From Alphaproteobacteria bacterium (GTDB taxonomy: Bacteria; Pseudomonadota; Alphaproteobacteria; RF32; CAG-239), in contig JAFSUB010000023.1 of the NCBI GenBank assembly GCA_017445475.1, positions 3,574 to 67,573 on the forward strand: a stretch of 64,000 nt of DNA. Direction: 5' to 3'. This document shows, in pieces, positions 29,183 through 39,279 of this stretch (position 1 is the first letter of the stretch; each line of letters begins with the position of its first letter). A program made the translations under genes and the position numbers. A model generated the notes under the pieces. The model was not told the origin of the DNA and did not search any database. It saw nothing but the letters and a program-made list of their open reading frames with translations.

Positions 29183-29865
29183 AATAAGGTCCTCATTTTT
29201 TTTACAACATCATCAAACATTTGTTCGGTTAAAACACCGGTGTTGATGTTATAACGCGAAGTATGATACGAATCAAGCAGTAAAATGTTATTTTGCGCCA
29301 AATGATGCACTGCACCATGGGCAAACTTAAACGCACTTTTTTTATACCCGAGTGCCGTCAAAACAGCACCGTGCGCAACCGCCCCGAGTGATAAAATTAT
29401 TTTTAGGTTTTTCATCTGCCCGATTTCCGCCCGCAAAAACTCTAAACAGTTTTTTTGCTCATCGGTTGTAACCTTGTTTTGCGGCGGCACACAGCGCACG
29501 GCATTAGTCACACGCACATCTAAAAGTTCAAACCCATCGTCTTTTCGCTTTTGATACTCCCCTTTTGCAAACCTAAATTTTTTTAAGGCCGGATACAACA
29601 CATCGCCGGCATAATCGTTTGTAAAAGGCCTGTTTGTTTGGTTTGCCCCGTTTAAGCCCGGCGCCAACCCCACAATCAAAACCCTTGCATTTAGGTCGCC
29701 AAAAGAACGCACCGGCGCATTGTGATAGCTCGGAAATTTTATTTGGTTCAGCTTTCGAAAAGCGACAAGCCTTGCGCATTTTTCACAGTTTATGTTCGGC
29801 TCACAAATCATTTTTTCCTCTTGTTCAAAAAAAGCAATATCACAAATTTTTTTTGCCTGCACCAT
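29179..29865 (-). CDS. Uracil-DNA glycosylase superfamily protein (family 4/5-like)
   Basis: CEKCARL...RVLIVGLAPGLNGANQTNRPFTNDYAGDVL...HTSRYN. Its stop forms an ATGA overlap with the upstream gene. An alternative start lies at 29811. Confidence 0.65.
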   Translation of the reverse strand: MVQAKKICDIAFFEQEEKMICEPNINCEKCARLVAFRKLNQIKFPSYHNAPVRSFGDLNARVLIVGLAPGLNGANQTNRPFTNDYAGDVLYPALKKFRFAKGEYQKRKDDGFELLDVRVTNAVRCVPPQNKVTTDEQKNCLEFLRAEIGQMKNLKIILSLGAVAHGAVLTALGYKKSAFKFAHGAVHHLAQNNILLLDSYHTSRYNINTGVLTEQMFDDVVKKMRTLL

Positions 29866-29956
29866 TTAAAACCGTTTTTTACAGAATATATAGGCTTTGA
29901 ACTTTAGTGTTAATTTTAACAAACAACATCTATTTATAAATAGGAGAAAATTAAAA

Positions 29957-30523
29957 ATGAAAAAAACAATATTACTTGCCTCTGTTGCAAGTCTTTTATC
30001 TTTAAGCGCTCATGCCGGCTATTGGGCAGATATGTATAACGGCATGAAACCCTATGTCGGCGCTGATTACGCTTACAGCAACATCAAATTCGGCAATCCC
30101 GCAACCGGCTTAAAAGACAGCTATCATTCCGGAATTTTCAACATCGGTGCGCGTATGTATGGCTACTGGGGTTTAGAGGCCTTTTATCAACAGGCAGGCA
30201 AACGCGACAAACACATGGCCGGAGGCAAACATTCGGCGGAATTTTTGGCATACGGTGCCGATTGGTATGGTTACGCTCCCATTATGTGCAGCCAGTTTAA
30301 TTTGCTCGGTTCACTCGGCCTTGCAAACTATCGCTTTAAGCTCGGCTATCCCGACGTGGCGTCCAAAACGCAAAACAGAGTCGGTTATCGCGCCGGCATC
30401 GGTATGCAATATGACTTCAACGAACATTTTGCCATGCGTATTATGGGCAGATATGATTATATCGGCATGAAACGCGTCAACAACCTCAAAGAGGTAACCG
30501 CCGGTTTAAGATATATGTTTTAA
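29957..30523 (+). CDS. Outer-membrane beta-barrel protein (OmpA-like / OMP_b-brl family)
   Basis: Signal peptide MKKTILLASVASLLSLSAHA, alternating aromatic beta-strands, C-terminal ...GLRYMF. AGGAGA SD upstream. Confidence 0.6.
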   Translation: MKKTILLASVASLLSLSAHAGYWADMYNGMKPYVGADYAYSNIKFGNPATGLKDSYHSGIFNIGARMYGYWGLEAFYQQAGKRDKHMAGGKHSAEFLAYGADWYGYAPIMCSQFNLLGSLGLANYRFKLGYPDVASKTQNRVGYRAGIGMQYDFNEHFAMRIMGRYDYIGMKRVNNLKEVTAGLRYMF

Positions 30524-30532
30524 GCATCATAA

Positions 30533-30566
30533 ACCCCGCAGTTCATCACCTGCGGGGTTTTCTTTT
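30533..30566 (+). terminator. Rho-independent terminator after the OMP gene
   Basis: ccccgcagttcatcacctgcggggTTTTCTTTT. Confidence 0.5.
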
Positions 30567-30570
30567 GCAA

Positions 30571-30600
30571 AAAGCCCCGATTTCTCGGGGCTTTGATTAA
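30571..30600 (-). terminator. Rho-independent terminator after the 945-aa gene (minus strand)
   Basis: Minus strand reads gccccgagaaatcggggcTTTTT. Confidence 0.45.
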
Positions 30601-30615
30601 TCAAGAAAAGAAACA

Positions 30616-33438
30616 TTACCTCTCATTTTCCAATTTTTTGGCAATACTTGTTCCCGTAGCATCTTCTTGAATGAAACGGCCTTTCCCGTCAAGCTTGGCT
30701 GTTCCGTCATAAATCTGCTTTTGATTGTTAATAATGCCGTGTCTTGCACCTTGTCTATCAGGCAACGGCGGTATATCTTTAGTCTTATCAAGCTTAACAT
30801 CCACTTCAGCTTTTGGCTCCGAAATATTGACTTTCATTGCCTTCGTCGTTTTCGTGTATGGTTCATCAACAATCGTTTGAACAACTTTCTTGCCGCCGAT
30901 AATATGAACAACCGTGTCATTGCACTCCACATTCTGTCCCACAATACGTGCAGGACCTTTGCTTTGGCGCAAAATGGCTTGTGCATTGTCAATCAAATCA
31001 TTGGCAGCTTTGCCGTCTTTGAGTTTTTCACCACAACCCACGGCCGTGAATAAATCTTCCAAAGTTTTACCATTGGCTTCAAAGCGACGGTTATAATTGA
31101 CAATTTGGCTGACCTTGCTGATTTGCGCTTTATCCATATCCGGAAACAGCGCACGAATTTGTTGCGTTGCATCACCAACTTCGCTTGAATCATAAGTATT
31201 CATCGAAATTTCGATAATTTGGCTCATCTTCTCATCGGTCATTCCGTCAAGCTTTAAGTTTTCAAACTGACCTTTCAAAAACTCTCTGCCGTGCAAGCGG
31301 CTGATATAAACCTTATCACCGTTTGCCAAAGCTTGTTTGGCTTGCTCAATAATGCCTTCATCGGTGATGGCAACTCTTTCAGTCGGCGTATTGATATAAA
31401 AGCCGGATTCAGCGTTTCCAAGCACAAGTTGCGAACGACGGCTGTTACGTGCAAGCGCCATCAAATCATAGAAAACCTCCATCTTTGTTTTGCCTTCAAA
31501 GTTTGCTATAAACTCATCGTTCATATTCAAATAGGCACGATCTAACGAAACATCATCAAAATCTTTCATAATGCCGGGCAATCTGCTCATCAAAATGTTA
31601 TATTGTTTTTGCGTGATACCCAAGTCTTGAGAATATTCTCTCGGGAAAAGCTCCATATCTGTTTCCATCGGCTCAATAGCAGCCGCACTGATCTCCACCT
31701 CCAAATCAGGATTAGTTTCAGTCAAAACAACCGGACCGACAACACTGTCGCGCGCAGCCGGAAGATCAGGTCTGCCTAAATCAGGCCAGTCGCTTCCTCT
31801 CACCGATTCTAAAGCTTTAGACATTTCTTCCATCACGCCGGAATTTTGAAGCGCATTCGAAATCAACTGTGAACCCGCACGAACACCCAAAGCCAAACCA
31901 ACGCCGGCAATCAAACCAATTCGTGCTTGCTTGGCCTCACCTTGAGCTTCTAAAAGCTCTTTTTGTGCCGCCAAGCTGTTTTGTTCAAGTTTTTTAGCTT
32001 TTGATAAACGAACTTCAGCAAAAACCTCATCGTTGGCTTGCGCAACAATCGGCGCGACAATTCTAATCAAACCCGAATCTTTCAATGCCGTTCTTGTCAT
32101 ATCTACCGCATTTGCAGCTTTGTTTGCTTTGGCAGCCGCTGTTGAAAGCGCACCGAAGCTTGCAATAGCAATACCTGATGTAATTGCTGCCCGTCTGATG
32201 TATTTCTTGCGCTCTCTGTTTTCAACTTCCTCGCCGTTTTCATTAACGATTGTCTTTGACAGCTTGTTTTGCTTGGCCAGTTTCCAGCGCTCCTTAAAAG
32301 ACAACGGTTCGAGATTTTGTTCATCTCTTTCACGCTTGATTTTGCGTGCTTCCGTAATGATTGGGTGAACCCAAGAAGAAGCCGCCATATACGCGCCATA
32401 CGCACCCAGAGCCACAGGGATAGCCGGCGCACTGATAGCTGCCGTTAAAGTGAGTGCACCTGTCGCCGCCAAGTTTGAAATGGTTTGAACCTTGTTGTCA
32501 TTAAAGTTCTTTTTCAAATTTCTGAAAATCTCATATCTGTTTTGTGAAATCGCATTTGCAATTTTTTCAACCTTTTGCCAATTTGATTTAATACCGGTGG
32601 CAACGCCGTTTAAGGCAACGCGCGCATCACCGCCCAATCTGTTGGCTTTACGGTGCAAAACATTAAAATAAGTATCAACCTTTGCAGACGTATCTGCAAC
32701 AGATGCCAAAATCTGGTTTGAGTTAATTTGGATTCTGGTTCCGATTTCGGGCATTTTCATTGCTTCACGCGCAATCGCACCTTGCCTTTTGGTATAAGCG
32801 TAAAATTCATCGGAACCGACTTTGCGCTCGGCTTTGGTTGGTTTTTCAAACGCCGAACCGATGCGTGACATCACAAGCTTTGAAGCAAAAACATCAGACA
32901 CGTCTTTTTGCATGGCTTTTTTCTTGCTTTCTTTAGAACGTTTAGCAAAAACCTTATCGCCATAACGAGAAAGCTTTGCTTCTTCAAAAGCTGCCTTCCA
33001 CAACAAAGCCAAATGCTCATTCTTCTCTTTGGCAGAAAGAGCACGCGTTTCCAGCTTTCCATCTTTTTCAAATGTTTCAACAATATCAACTTGATTAACG
33101 AATCCTTTGATATCTTCATTTTCATCAAGCATTTGTTCATAGGAAATTTTGTTTCCTATCTCATCAAGGGCTTTTGCGTTTTCAACATACACGCGTGCAT
33201 CGTTTGTTTTGAGATTATTTTCATCTTCAAAATTTTTCAATCTCAAATTTGCCCGCTCAAGCGCAGGGTGATTGGGATCACGCGAAGCGACAACACCTTT
33301 TAATGCCTCAAAGGCTGAATTGCTCAAACTGAAAATATCGCCATACTGCAACTTTTCGACAGCTTGCAAATATGCTTGCAGCTCATCATTTGGGCGGTTT
33401 GTTGCCGAATTGATTGTATCTGCTCTCTTTTTTGCCAT
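30616..33438 (-). CDS. Large orphan hypothetical protein (about 940 aa) with three Gly/Ala-rich hydrophobic segments
   Basis: No recognisable conserved domain. Likely start MAKKRADT with a GGAGA SD; the track start is a TTG five codons upstream. Mostly charged and helical with hydrophobic glycine-zipper-like stretches (ATGALTLTAAISAPAIPVALGAYGAYMAA, ITSGIAIASFGALSTAAA, IGLIAGVGLALGV). Confidence 0.5.
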   Translation of the reverse strand: MAKKRADTINSATNRPNDELQAYLQAVEKLQYGDIFSLSNSAFEALKGVVASRDPNHPALERANLRLKNFEDENNLKTNDARVYVENAKALDEIGNKISYEQMLDENEDIKGFVNQVDIVETFEKDGKLETRALSAKEKNEHLALLWKAAFEEAKLSRYGDKVFAKRSKESKKKAMQKDVSDVFASKLVMSRIGSAFEKPTKAERKVGSDEFYAYTKRQGAIAREAMKMPEIGTRIQINSNQILASVADTSAKVDTYFNVLHRKANRLGGDARVALNGVATGIKSNWQKVEKIANAISQNRYEIFRNLKKNFNDNKVQTISNLAATGALTLTAAISAPAIPVALGAYGAYMAASSWVHPIITEARKIKRERDEQNLEPLSFKERWKLAKQNKLSKTIVNENGEEVENRERKKYIRRAAITSGIAIASFGALSTAAAKANKAANAVDMTRTALKDSGLIRIVAPIVAQANDEVFAEVRLSKAKKLEQNSLAAQKELLEAQGEAKQARIGLIAGVGLALGVRAGSQLISNALQNSGVMEEMSKALESVRGSDWPDLGRPDLPAARDSVVGPVVLTETNPDLEVEISAAAIEPMETDMELFPREYSQDLGITQKQYNILMSRLPGIMKDFDDVSLDRAYLNMNDEFIANFEGKTKMEVFYDLMALARNSRRSQLVLGNAESGFYINTPTERVAITDEGIIEQAKQALANGDKVYISRLHGREFLKGQFENLKLDGMTDEKMSQIIEISMNTYDSSEVGDATQQIRALFPDMDKAQISKVSQIVNYNRRFEANGKTLEDLFTAVGCGEKLKDGKAANDLIDNAQAILRQSKGPARIVGQNVECNDTVVHIIGGKKVVQTIVDEPYTKTTKAMKVNISEPKAEVDVKLDKTKDIPPLPDRQGARHGIINNQKQIYDGTAKLDGKGRFIQEDATGTSIAKKLENER

Positions 33439-33656
33439 TTTCAAATTCTCCAAAAAGTCATTTTAATCCATTTTGCCCGCACTATACACGAAAATTTTGT
33501 TAAAGTCAACACCTTTTTTGACAAAATAGAACTTGTCTAAAAAAATGCTTAAAGAATAGTTAAATTGGGCACAAATTCCCCTTGCATTGTTCCTATTTAT
33601 ATACTATAAAGCAAAAAAAAATAAAATTTTTTTATTGCAAAACAGGATTTTTTAAA

Positions 33657-34739
33657 ATGCGTGTTGACATATTTGACTTTAATTTAGACAAAGACCTGAT
33701 TGCTAAAGAACCGGCACGACCGCGCGATAGCTCAAAACTGCTTGATTTAAGCGATGAAAACGTTATTTCAGACCGCCATTTTTATGATTTGCCGAACATT
33801 TTGCAAAAAGGTGATGTTTTGGTTTTTAACGACACAAAAGTGATTCCCGCACGCTTATACGGCGCAAGGGGTGAAGCACTTATTGAAATAACGCTTTATC
33901 GTCCGGAAAACGGCCTATGCTGGTGGAGTTTTGTTAAAAACGCCAAACGATTGCACGAAAACGATGTCATAACCTTCTACACATCAGAAATATCAGCGCT
34001 CGAATCGACTTTTAAGGCACGCGTTGTGCAAAAAGACCTCCAAGACGGCGTGTTGATTGAATTTTTGTGTGATGTCGATTCGCTTTCTTCAATGCTTCAA
34101 ACCTACGGCCTGATGCCCCTGCCGCCATATATTAAGCGCGACAAACCCTTAAAGGGACTTTGGAATCCTTACAATGACAAAGAAGACTATCAAACAGTAT
34201 ATGCCAAATATGAGGGCGCAGTCGCCGCTCCGACCGCAGGCCTGCATTTCACGCAAAATGTTTTAAGCGCGCTTGAAAAGAAAGGTGTGCAAAAGGTTTT
34301 TTTAACACTTCACGTCGGCGCGGGCACATTTTTACCGGTCAAAACAGATGACACGAAAGACCACAAAATGCACGCCGAGTTCGGCATCATCAGCGATGAC
34401 GCGGCAAAAACAATCAACATAGCCAAACGCGAAGGACGCCGCATCATTGCCGTCGGCACAACCTCTGTTCGCCTTTTGGAAACAGCCGCCGATGAAAATG
34501 GCGTTTTGCACCCCTTTTGCGGTGAGACAAACATTTTCATCACACCGGGCTATAAATTCAAAATCATTGATATGATTATCACAAACTTTCATCTGCCGAA
34601 ATCAACGCTTTTTATGCTCATCTGCGCAATTGCCGGCACCGAGCGTATGAAACGGGCCTACGCCCACGCGATTGAACAAAAATATCGGTTTTATTCATAC
34701 GGCGACAGCTCCATTTTAAAGTGCGTCAATAAAATTTAA
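33657..34739 (+). CDS. queA: S-adenosylmethionine:tRNA ribosyltransferase-isomerase
   Basis: MRVDIFDFNLDKDLIAKEPARPRDSSKLL... is the canonical QueA N-terminus. Confidence 0.9.
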   Translation: MRVDIFDFNLDKDLIAKEPARPRDSSKLLDLSDENVISDRHFYDLPNILQKGDVLVFNDTKVIPARLYGARGEALIEITLYRPENGLCWWSFVKNAKRLHENDVITFYTSEISALESTFKARVVQKDLQDGVLIEFLCDVDSLSSMLQTYGLMPLPPYIKRDKPLKGLWNPYNDKEDYQTVYAKYEGAVAAPTAGLHFTQNVLSALEKKGVQKVFLTLHVGAGTFLPVKTDDTKDHKMHAEFGIISDDAAKTINIAKREGRRIIAVGTTSVRLLETAADENGVLHPFCGETNIFITPGYKFKIIDMIITNFHLPKSTLFMLICAIAGTERMKRAYAHAIEQKYRFYSYGDSSILKCVNKI

Positions 34740-34794
34740 ACTTTTTTGAGCTATCGCTTTAAACACTGAACATTTAAACTTTGGAAAAATCGTT

Positions 34795-35973
34795 GTGTCT
34801 GTTTTTATTGAGCTTTTAAAAACCGCCAAAACATCTTTTATTCCGGCGCTCATATTGCTTGCCGCTTCGCTTTGCTGTGCTGTTTTTCAAGTCATTTCAC
34901 CAAATGATATGGCAACGCTTAACTATGTGTTTTACGCTGTTCTCATCCTCAATTTTCTTTTGCTTTTCCGCTCAAGCGAAAACCGACAGCTTTATTTTCT
35001 GGTTGTAACAGCGGTGTTTTATATTGTTTTCAATCGTTTGCGCTTGAATGTCCCAATAAACGAAACATTGTTTTTTCTTCGCAGTGCAACCTGCTTGGCA
35101 CCGCTTAATCTCTGCCTGATTTTTTTCAAAAAAAACTTTTCGAAAACAGATTGTCTTTATGCCCTCATTTTCGGACTCGCACAAGCCGTGCTCATTGAAA
35201 ACGCGGCTTTGGAAAATCTTTTTCTTTTTTCATGGCAATTTGTTTTCTTGGCTTATGCTTCATGGCTTGTTTTGCTTATTTTTCTTCTCATCAAAGCAAG
35301 CATTTTTCCGTTTTTCAAGCAAACAGGCATTTTTTTTGCAATGCTTTGTTTTTTCCTTGCACTTTTTAATGCCTTGAATACAGAGCCATTTGTGATGTAT
35401 TCTCTTGCAACTGTCTGCATTGTTTTATATGCAAACACCCACGCACTTATCAATGCCTATTACAAAGATGAAACAACGGGTGTTTATTCTCAAAACAGCT
35501 TCATCAGCCACGATGTCAAAAAATTTCCCCCGAAATACAGCATGGCATTTTTTGAAATTGACAACTACGCAAAATTGTTAAAAGTTTTCGGTCCCAATGA
35601 CACCGACAGATTAACCGAAATGATTGTCGAAAAAGTGCGTTCAAATCAACCGGAAGCCTTGATTTATCGCAATCTTGAAAACGAATTTACTTTGGTTTTT
35701 TTTGCCCTCGATGTCAAACAAACCTATGAAGCAATGGAAGATATCCGCCGTCAAATCGCCGGCACGGAATTTGTGTTCAAAAAGAACAAATCCATAAAAT
35801 TGACCATCACACCCGTTGTTTCCGAAAAAAGGCGTAGCGACGCCGATGCGCTTGCCGTTTTAAGACGTATGCATGAAAACTTCCACCAAAAATATCGTTT
35901 CACACAAAACATCACTTTTTGCGAAGAAGTCGAATCCGCAAAGAAAATTCGACGCGCATCACCAAAGCTTTAG
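34795..35973 (+). CDS. Polytopic membrane protein with a C-terminal degenerate GGDEF-like domain
   Basis: Seven to eight TM helices, then a GGDEF-fold region in which the GG(D/E)EF signature is replaced (...RNLENEFTLVFFALD...). GTG start, so the start is uncertain. Confidence 0.5.
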   Translation: MSVFIELLKTAKTSFIPALILLAASLCCAVFQVISPNDMATLNYVFYAVLILNFLLLFRSSENRQLYFLVVTAVFYIVFNRLRLNVPINETLFFLRSATCLAPLNLCLIFFKKNFSKTDCLYALIFGLAQAVLIENAALENLFLFSWQFVFLAYASWLVLLIFLLIKASIFPFFKQTGIFFAMLCFFLALFNALNTEPFVMYSLATVCIVLYANTHALINAYYKDETTGVYSQNSFISHDVKKFPPKYSMAFFEIDNYAKLLKVFGPNDTDRLTEMIVEKVRSNQPEALIYRNLENEFTLVFFALDVKQTYEAMEDIRRQIAGTEFVFKKNKSIKLTITPVVSEKRRSDADALAVLRRMHENFHQKYRFTQNITFCEEVESAKKIRRASPKL

Positions 35974-36761
35974 CTTTTTTTCCGTGCACACATCAAAATA
36001 ACGATGCTGCCCAAAAGCAAAAACGGAATCGAGAGAAGCTGCCCCATCGTGATATGTTCAAAAACAAAGCCGAGCTGCTCATCGGGCTGTCTGAAAAGCT
36101 CAACAAACATTCTGGCAAGAGCATACCAAACCAGAAAAACGCCCGAAACCAAACCTTTTCTTTCGCGAACAAATTCAAATTTAAACAACACATTTAAAAC
36201 AATAAACAAAACTAGCCCCTCTAAAAGCGCCTCATAAATCTGCGAAGGATGGCGCGGCAAATACCCCCCGCTCGGAAATTTAACAGCCCACGGCACATCG
36301 GTTACCCTGCCCCACAATTCATCATTCACAAAATTGGCAAGTCTGCCTAAAAACAGCCCAATCGGCGCATAAAGCGCAGCCAAATCACAAACCCCGAAAA
36401 ACGGATATTTCATCTTTCCGGCGCTCAAATAAAGCGCAACAATAACTCCGATCAGCCCGCCGTGAAACGACATTCCGCCATGCCAAATCGCAAAAATTTC
36501 AAGCGGTTTATTTAAGAACGTTTCCAAATTGTAAAACAGCACATAAAAAATGCGCCCGCCCAAAATAATGCCGAGCGTTATATTAAAAATAAGGTCATCA
36601 ACCTCGGCTTTGGTTATATTAAGTTTATATTTTTTCACGGTTTGTAAAATCAGAAACCATGCCGAAACAATGCCGACAAGATAAGCCAAAGAATACCATC
36701 TGATGTCAATAAAACCCAAATGCAAAAAAACAGGCGAAATTTGAGGATACGTCAATCCCAT
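35970..36761 (-). CDS. lgt: Prolipoprotein diacylglyceryl transferase
   Basis: ...HGGMSFHGGLIGVIVAL...GRLANFVNDELWGR... Confidence 0.9.
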   Translation of the reverse strand: MGLTYPQISPVFLHLGFIDIRWYSLAYLVGIVSAWFLILQTVKKYKLNITKAEVDDLIFNITLGIILGGRIFYVLFYNLETFLNKPLEIFAIWHGGMSFHGGLIGVIVALYLSAGKMKYPFFGVCDLAALYAPIGLFLGRLANFVNDELWGRVTDVPWAVKFPSGGYLPRHPSQIYEALLEGLVLFIVLNVLFKFEFVRERKGLVSGVFLVWYALARMFVELFRQPDEQLGFVFEHITMGQLLSIPFLLLGSIVILMCARKKS

Positions 36762-37004
36762 TTTTTTAAAAAACCTCTTTCAAAACAACGCAAATGCTTA
36801 AAAGTATATTAATACCCGAAAAATAATCCACATCAAAAATAAAAACGTTACCCACAAAAATTTTAACCCTCTGAATTTTCGAAATAAAAAAAATCGGCAT
36901 AAAAATTTTTAAATATTTTTTTGCACAACCCTTTCATCGCTGTTGTGCCATGATGCTTTTTTGCTTTATGTTTTGATTAGATTTTCTTCATCAAAGGTAT
37001 AAAA

Positions 37005-37493
37005 ATGTTTTTTGCAACGCCACAAATCACAACCACAAATCCGATTGATTCGGTTGAAGCGATTTTTAAGCAAAAATCATTTTCCTTTGAACGCCGCGAC
37101 TTAAATGAAATTGTGGTCGAAATTCAAGGCAAATGGAATGATATGCTTCTCTTTTTCGCGTGGGAAACGCATTTGAAGTGTTTGCATATGTCGTGTTTTA
37201 TGAACATTGAGGCCAAAATATCCGACAAAAGCCGCATTTTTGAGCTGCTCGCGCTTATCAACGAAAACCTTTGGCTTGGCCATTTTTCTTATTGGAGCGA
37301 ACACGAAACCCCAATTTTCAAACATTCTGTCATTGTTGATGAAGACGATTTCAACTTTTCAGGAAAACTTGCACAAATCATTGACATCGCCATCAATCAG
37401 TGCGAGCAAATGTATCCTGTTTTTCAAGCCGTTTTGGCGCAAAATCTGCCCTTAAAGCAGGTTTTGTTTTCAACCTCTCAAACCCTTCAATAA
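37005..37493 (+). CDS. YbjN-domain protein (putative sensory transduction regulator / T3SS-chaperone-like fold)
   Basis: 162 aa. Family assignment rests on size and an N-terminal hydrophobic pattern recalled from memory, so it is weak. Confidence 0.4.
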   Translation: MFFATPQITTTNPIDSVEAIFKQKSFSFERRDLNEIVVEIQGKWNDMLLFFAWETHLKCLHMSCFMNIEAKISDKSRIFELLALINENLWLGHFSYWSEHETPIFKHSVIVDEDDFNFSGKLAQIIDIAINQCEQMYPVFQAVLAQNLPLKQVLFSTSQTLQ

Positions 37494-39278
37494 TCACAAA
37501 TTCTTAAATTGGGCGTTGTATAGCGTTTGATAAATTCCGCCACAGATGGCAACAAGCTCGTCGTGCGTGCCTTCTTCAACAAGTTTTCCTTCATTAACCA
37601 CAACGATTTTCTCGGCATTTTTAATGGTTGAGAGACGGTGTGCAATCACAAAAACCGTGCGGTTTCTCATCAAATTTTCAATGGCTTTTTGAACAACCGC
37701 TTCCGACTTGTTGTCAAGCGCCGACGTTGCCTCGTCCAAAATCACGATGGGGGCATCTTTAATCAAAGCTCTTGCAATAGCAAGACGCTGTCTCTGCCCA
37801 CCGGAAAGAAGCGCGCCGCGCTCACCGATTTCGGTGTTGATGCCGTCTTTTAAGTGCGCCACAAACTCGTCCAAATAAACAAGTTTTAAAACCTCTTTAA
37901 TTTCTTCATCTGTTGCCGACGGTTTTCCCGTCAAAATATTGTCCTTAATCGTACCCGAAAACAAAAAATTATCTTGAAAAACCTCGGCAATGTTTTCTCT
38001 CAAAGAGTGCAACGTATAGTCTTTAATATCTTTTCCGCCGATGAGAATCTGTCCCGATTTCACGTCATAAAAACGCGGCAGCAGATTAACAAGTGTTGTC
38101 TTCCCGCCTCCGGAATTGCCCACAATCGCCACATTCGATCCTGCTTTAACAAAAAGATTGATGTTCTCAAGAACGCGCACTCCTTCATTATATTCAAAGC
38201 ACACATCCTTAAAAACAATACCCTCGCCGACACCCTCAAAATCGCACGCATCTTCTTTGTCTTGAATTTTTGCGGGCAAATCCAAAATCTCGGCAATACG
38301 GTCAATGGCCAAAAACGAAACTTGCATATTGTTATAGGTTTTGCCAATGCTTTTAATCGGCGTATAAAGCAAAACAAGCGCCGTGATAAACGAAACAAAA
38401 TTTCCGGGCGTAATTTTATTGTTCACAATCAGCGTGCTGCCATACCAAATCACTGCGGCAATACCGGCGGAAACAACCACGTGCATCAACGGTGTCATCC
38501 ATGCGGTTTTCTTCACAATTTTCATTGCAAGCTTAAACAAAACTTTGAGCGTGTTGTCAAATTTTTGATACATATAATCCTGCAGATTATATCCCGAAAT
38601 CGTTTTGTTGCCGCTGTGCATTTCATTGTAGTTGGTATAAATTTTGGTTCGCTCCTGAACACTCTGCAGAATGGTTTTTTTAATGCGTCGTTTAACCGTG
38701 CTCAAAGGCAAAAACGCAAGCAACATCACCGCAACCGCAATAATGGCAAGTTGCCATGAATTATAAAACAAAACGGCAATCAGTGAAACGGAAGAAAAAA
38801 ACTTTGAAACCATACTTTTTAAGTTGTCGAGAAGCCCGCTGCAAGCCGTGTCCGTATCAGCTGAAAAGCGTTGAATCACGACACCCGAATCGAACGCATC
38901 AAAAAAAGATGTTTCAAAGCGCATCAATTTTTGAAACAAACACCTTTTCAAATCTTGGTTAATTTTTGTTCCGACCCATGTGTTCAAATATGTTGCCGAA
39001 TAGTTCAAAAACCCCTGTAAAGAGGTAAAAGCAATAATCAAAACAGGAATATAAACCGGCGAATGAGCGGATTTTTCAATCAAAACAACGTCCATATACG
39101 GCTTGAGCGAAAGCGCAATAACCGAATCGAGCGCACCGATGGGAATGCTGATTAAAACAGCCAACAACGCCCTTAAAAAATAAGGTCTGATAAAAGGCCA
39201 CATCATTTTGTAATATTCATAAAAATTACGTTTGGCCTTCATTTGCTCTTTTCTCTCCATCTGCACAAAGCCCTTCAA
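37494..39278 (-). CDS. ABC exporter, fused permease + ATPase (MsbA/NdvA-like)
   Basis: Six TM helices, then Walker A GNSGGGKTT, signature LSGGQRQRLAIARAL and Walker B IVILDEATS. Confidence 0.75.
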   Translation of the reverse strand: MKGFVQMERKEQMKAKRNFYEYYKMMWPFIRPYFLRALLAVLISIPIGALDSVIALSLKPYMDVVLIEKSAHSPVYIPVLIIAFTSLQGFLNYSATYLNTWVGTKINQDLKRCLFQKLMRFETSFFDAFDSGVVIQRFSADTDTACSGLLDNLKSMVSKFFSSVSLIAVLFYNSWQLAIIAVAVMLLAFLPLSTVKRRIKKTILQSVQERTKIYTNYNEMHSGNKTISGYNLQDYMYQKFDNTLKVLFKLAMKIVKKTAWMTPLMHVVVSAGIAAVIWYGSTLIVNNKITPGNFVSFITALVLLYTPIKSIGKTYNNMQVSFLAIDRIAEILDLPAKIQDKEDACDFEGVGEGIVFKDVCFEYNEGVRVLENINLFVKAGSNVAIVGNSGGGKTTLVNLLPRFYDVKSGQILIGGKDIKDYTLHSLRENIAEVFQDNFLFSGTIKDNILTGKPSATDEEIKEVLKLVYLDEFVAHLKDGINTEIGERGALLSGGQRQRLAIARALIKDAPIVILDEATSALDNKSEAVVQKAIENLMRNRTVFVIAHRLSTIKNAEKIVVVNEGKLVEEGTHDELVAICGGIYQTLYNAQFKNL

Positions 39279-39279
39279 A

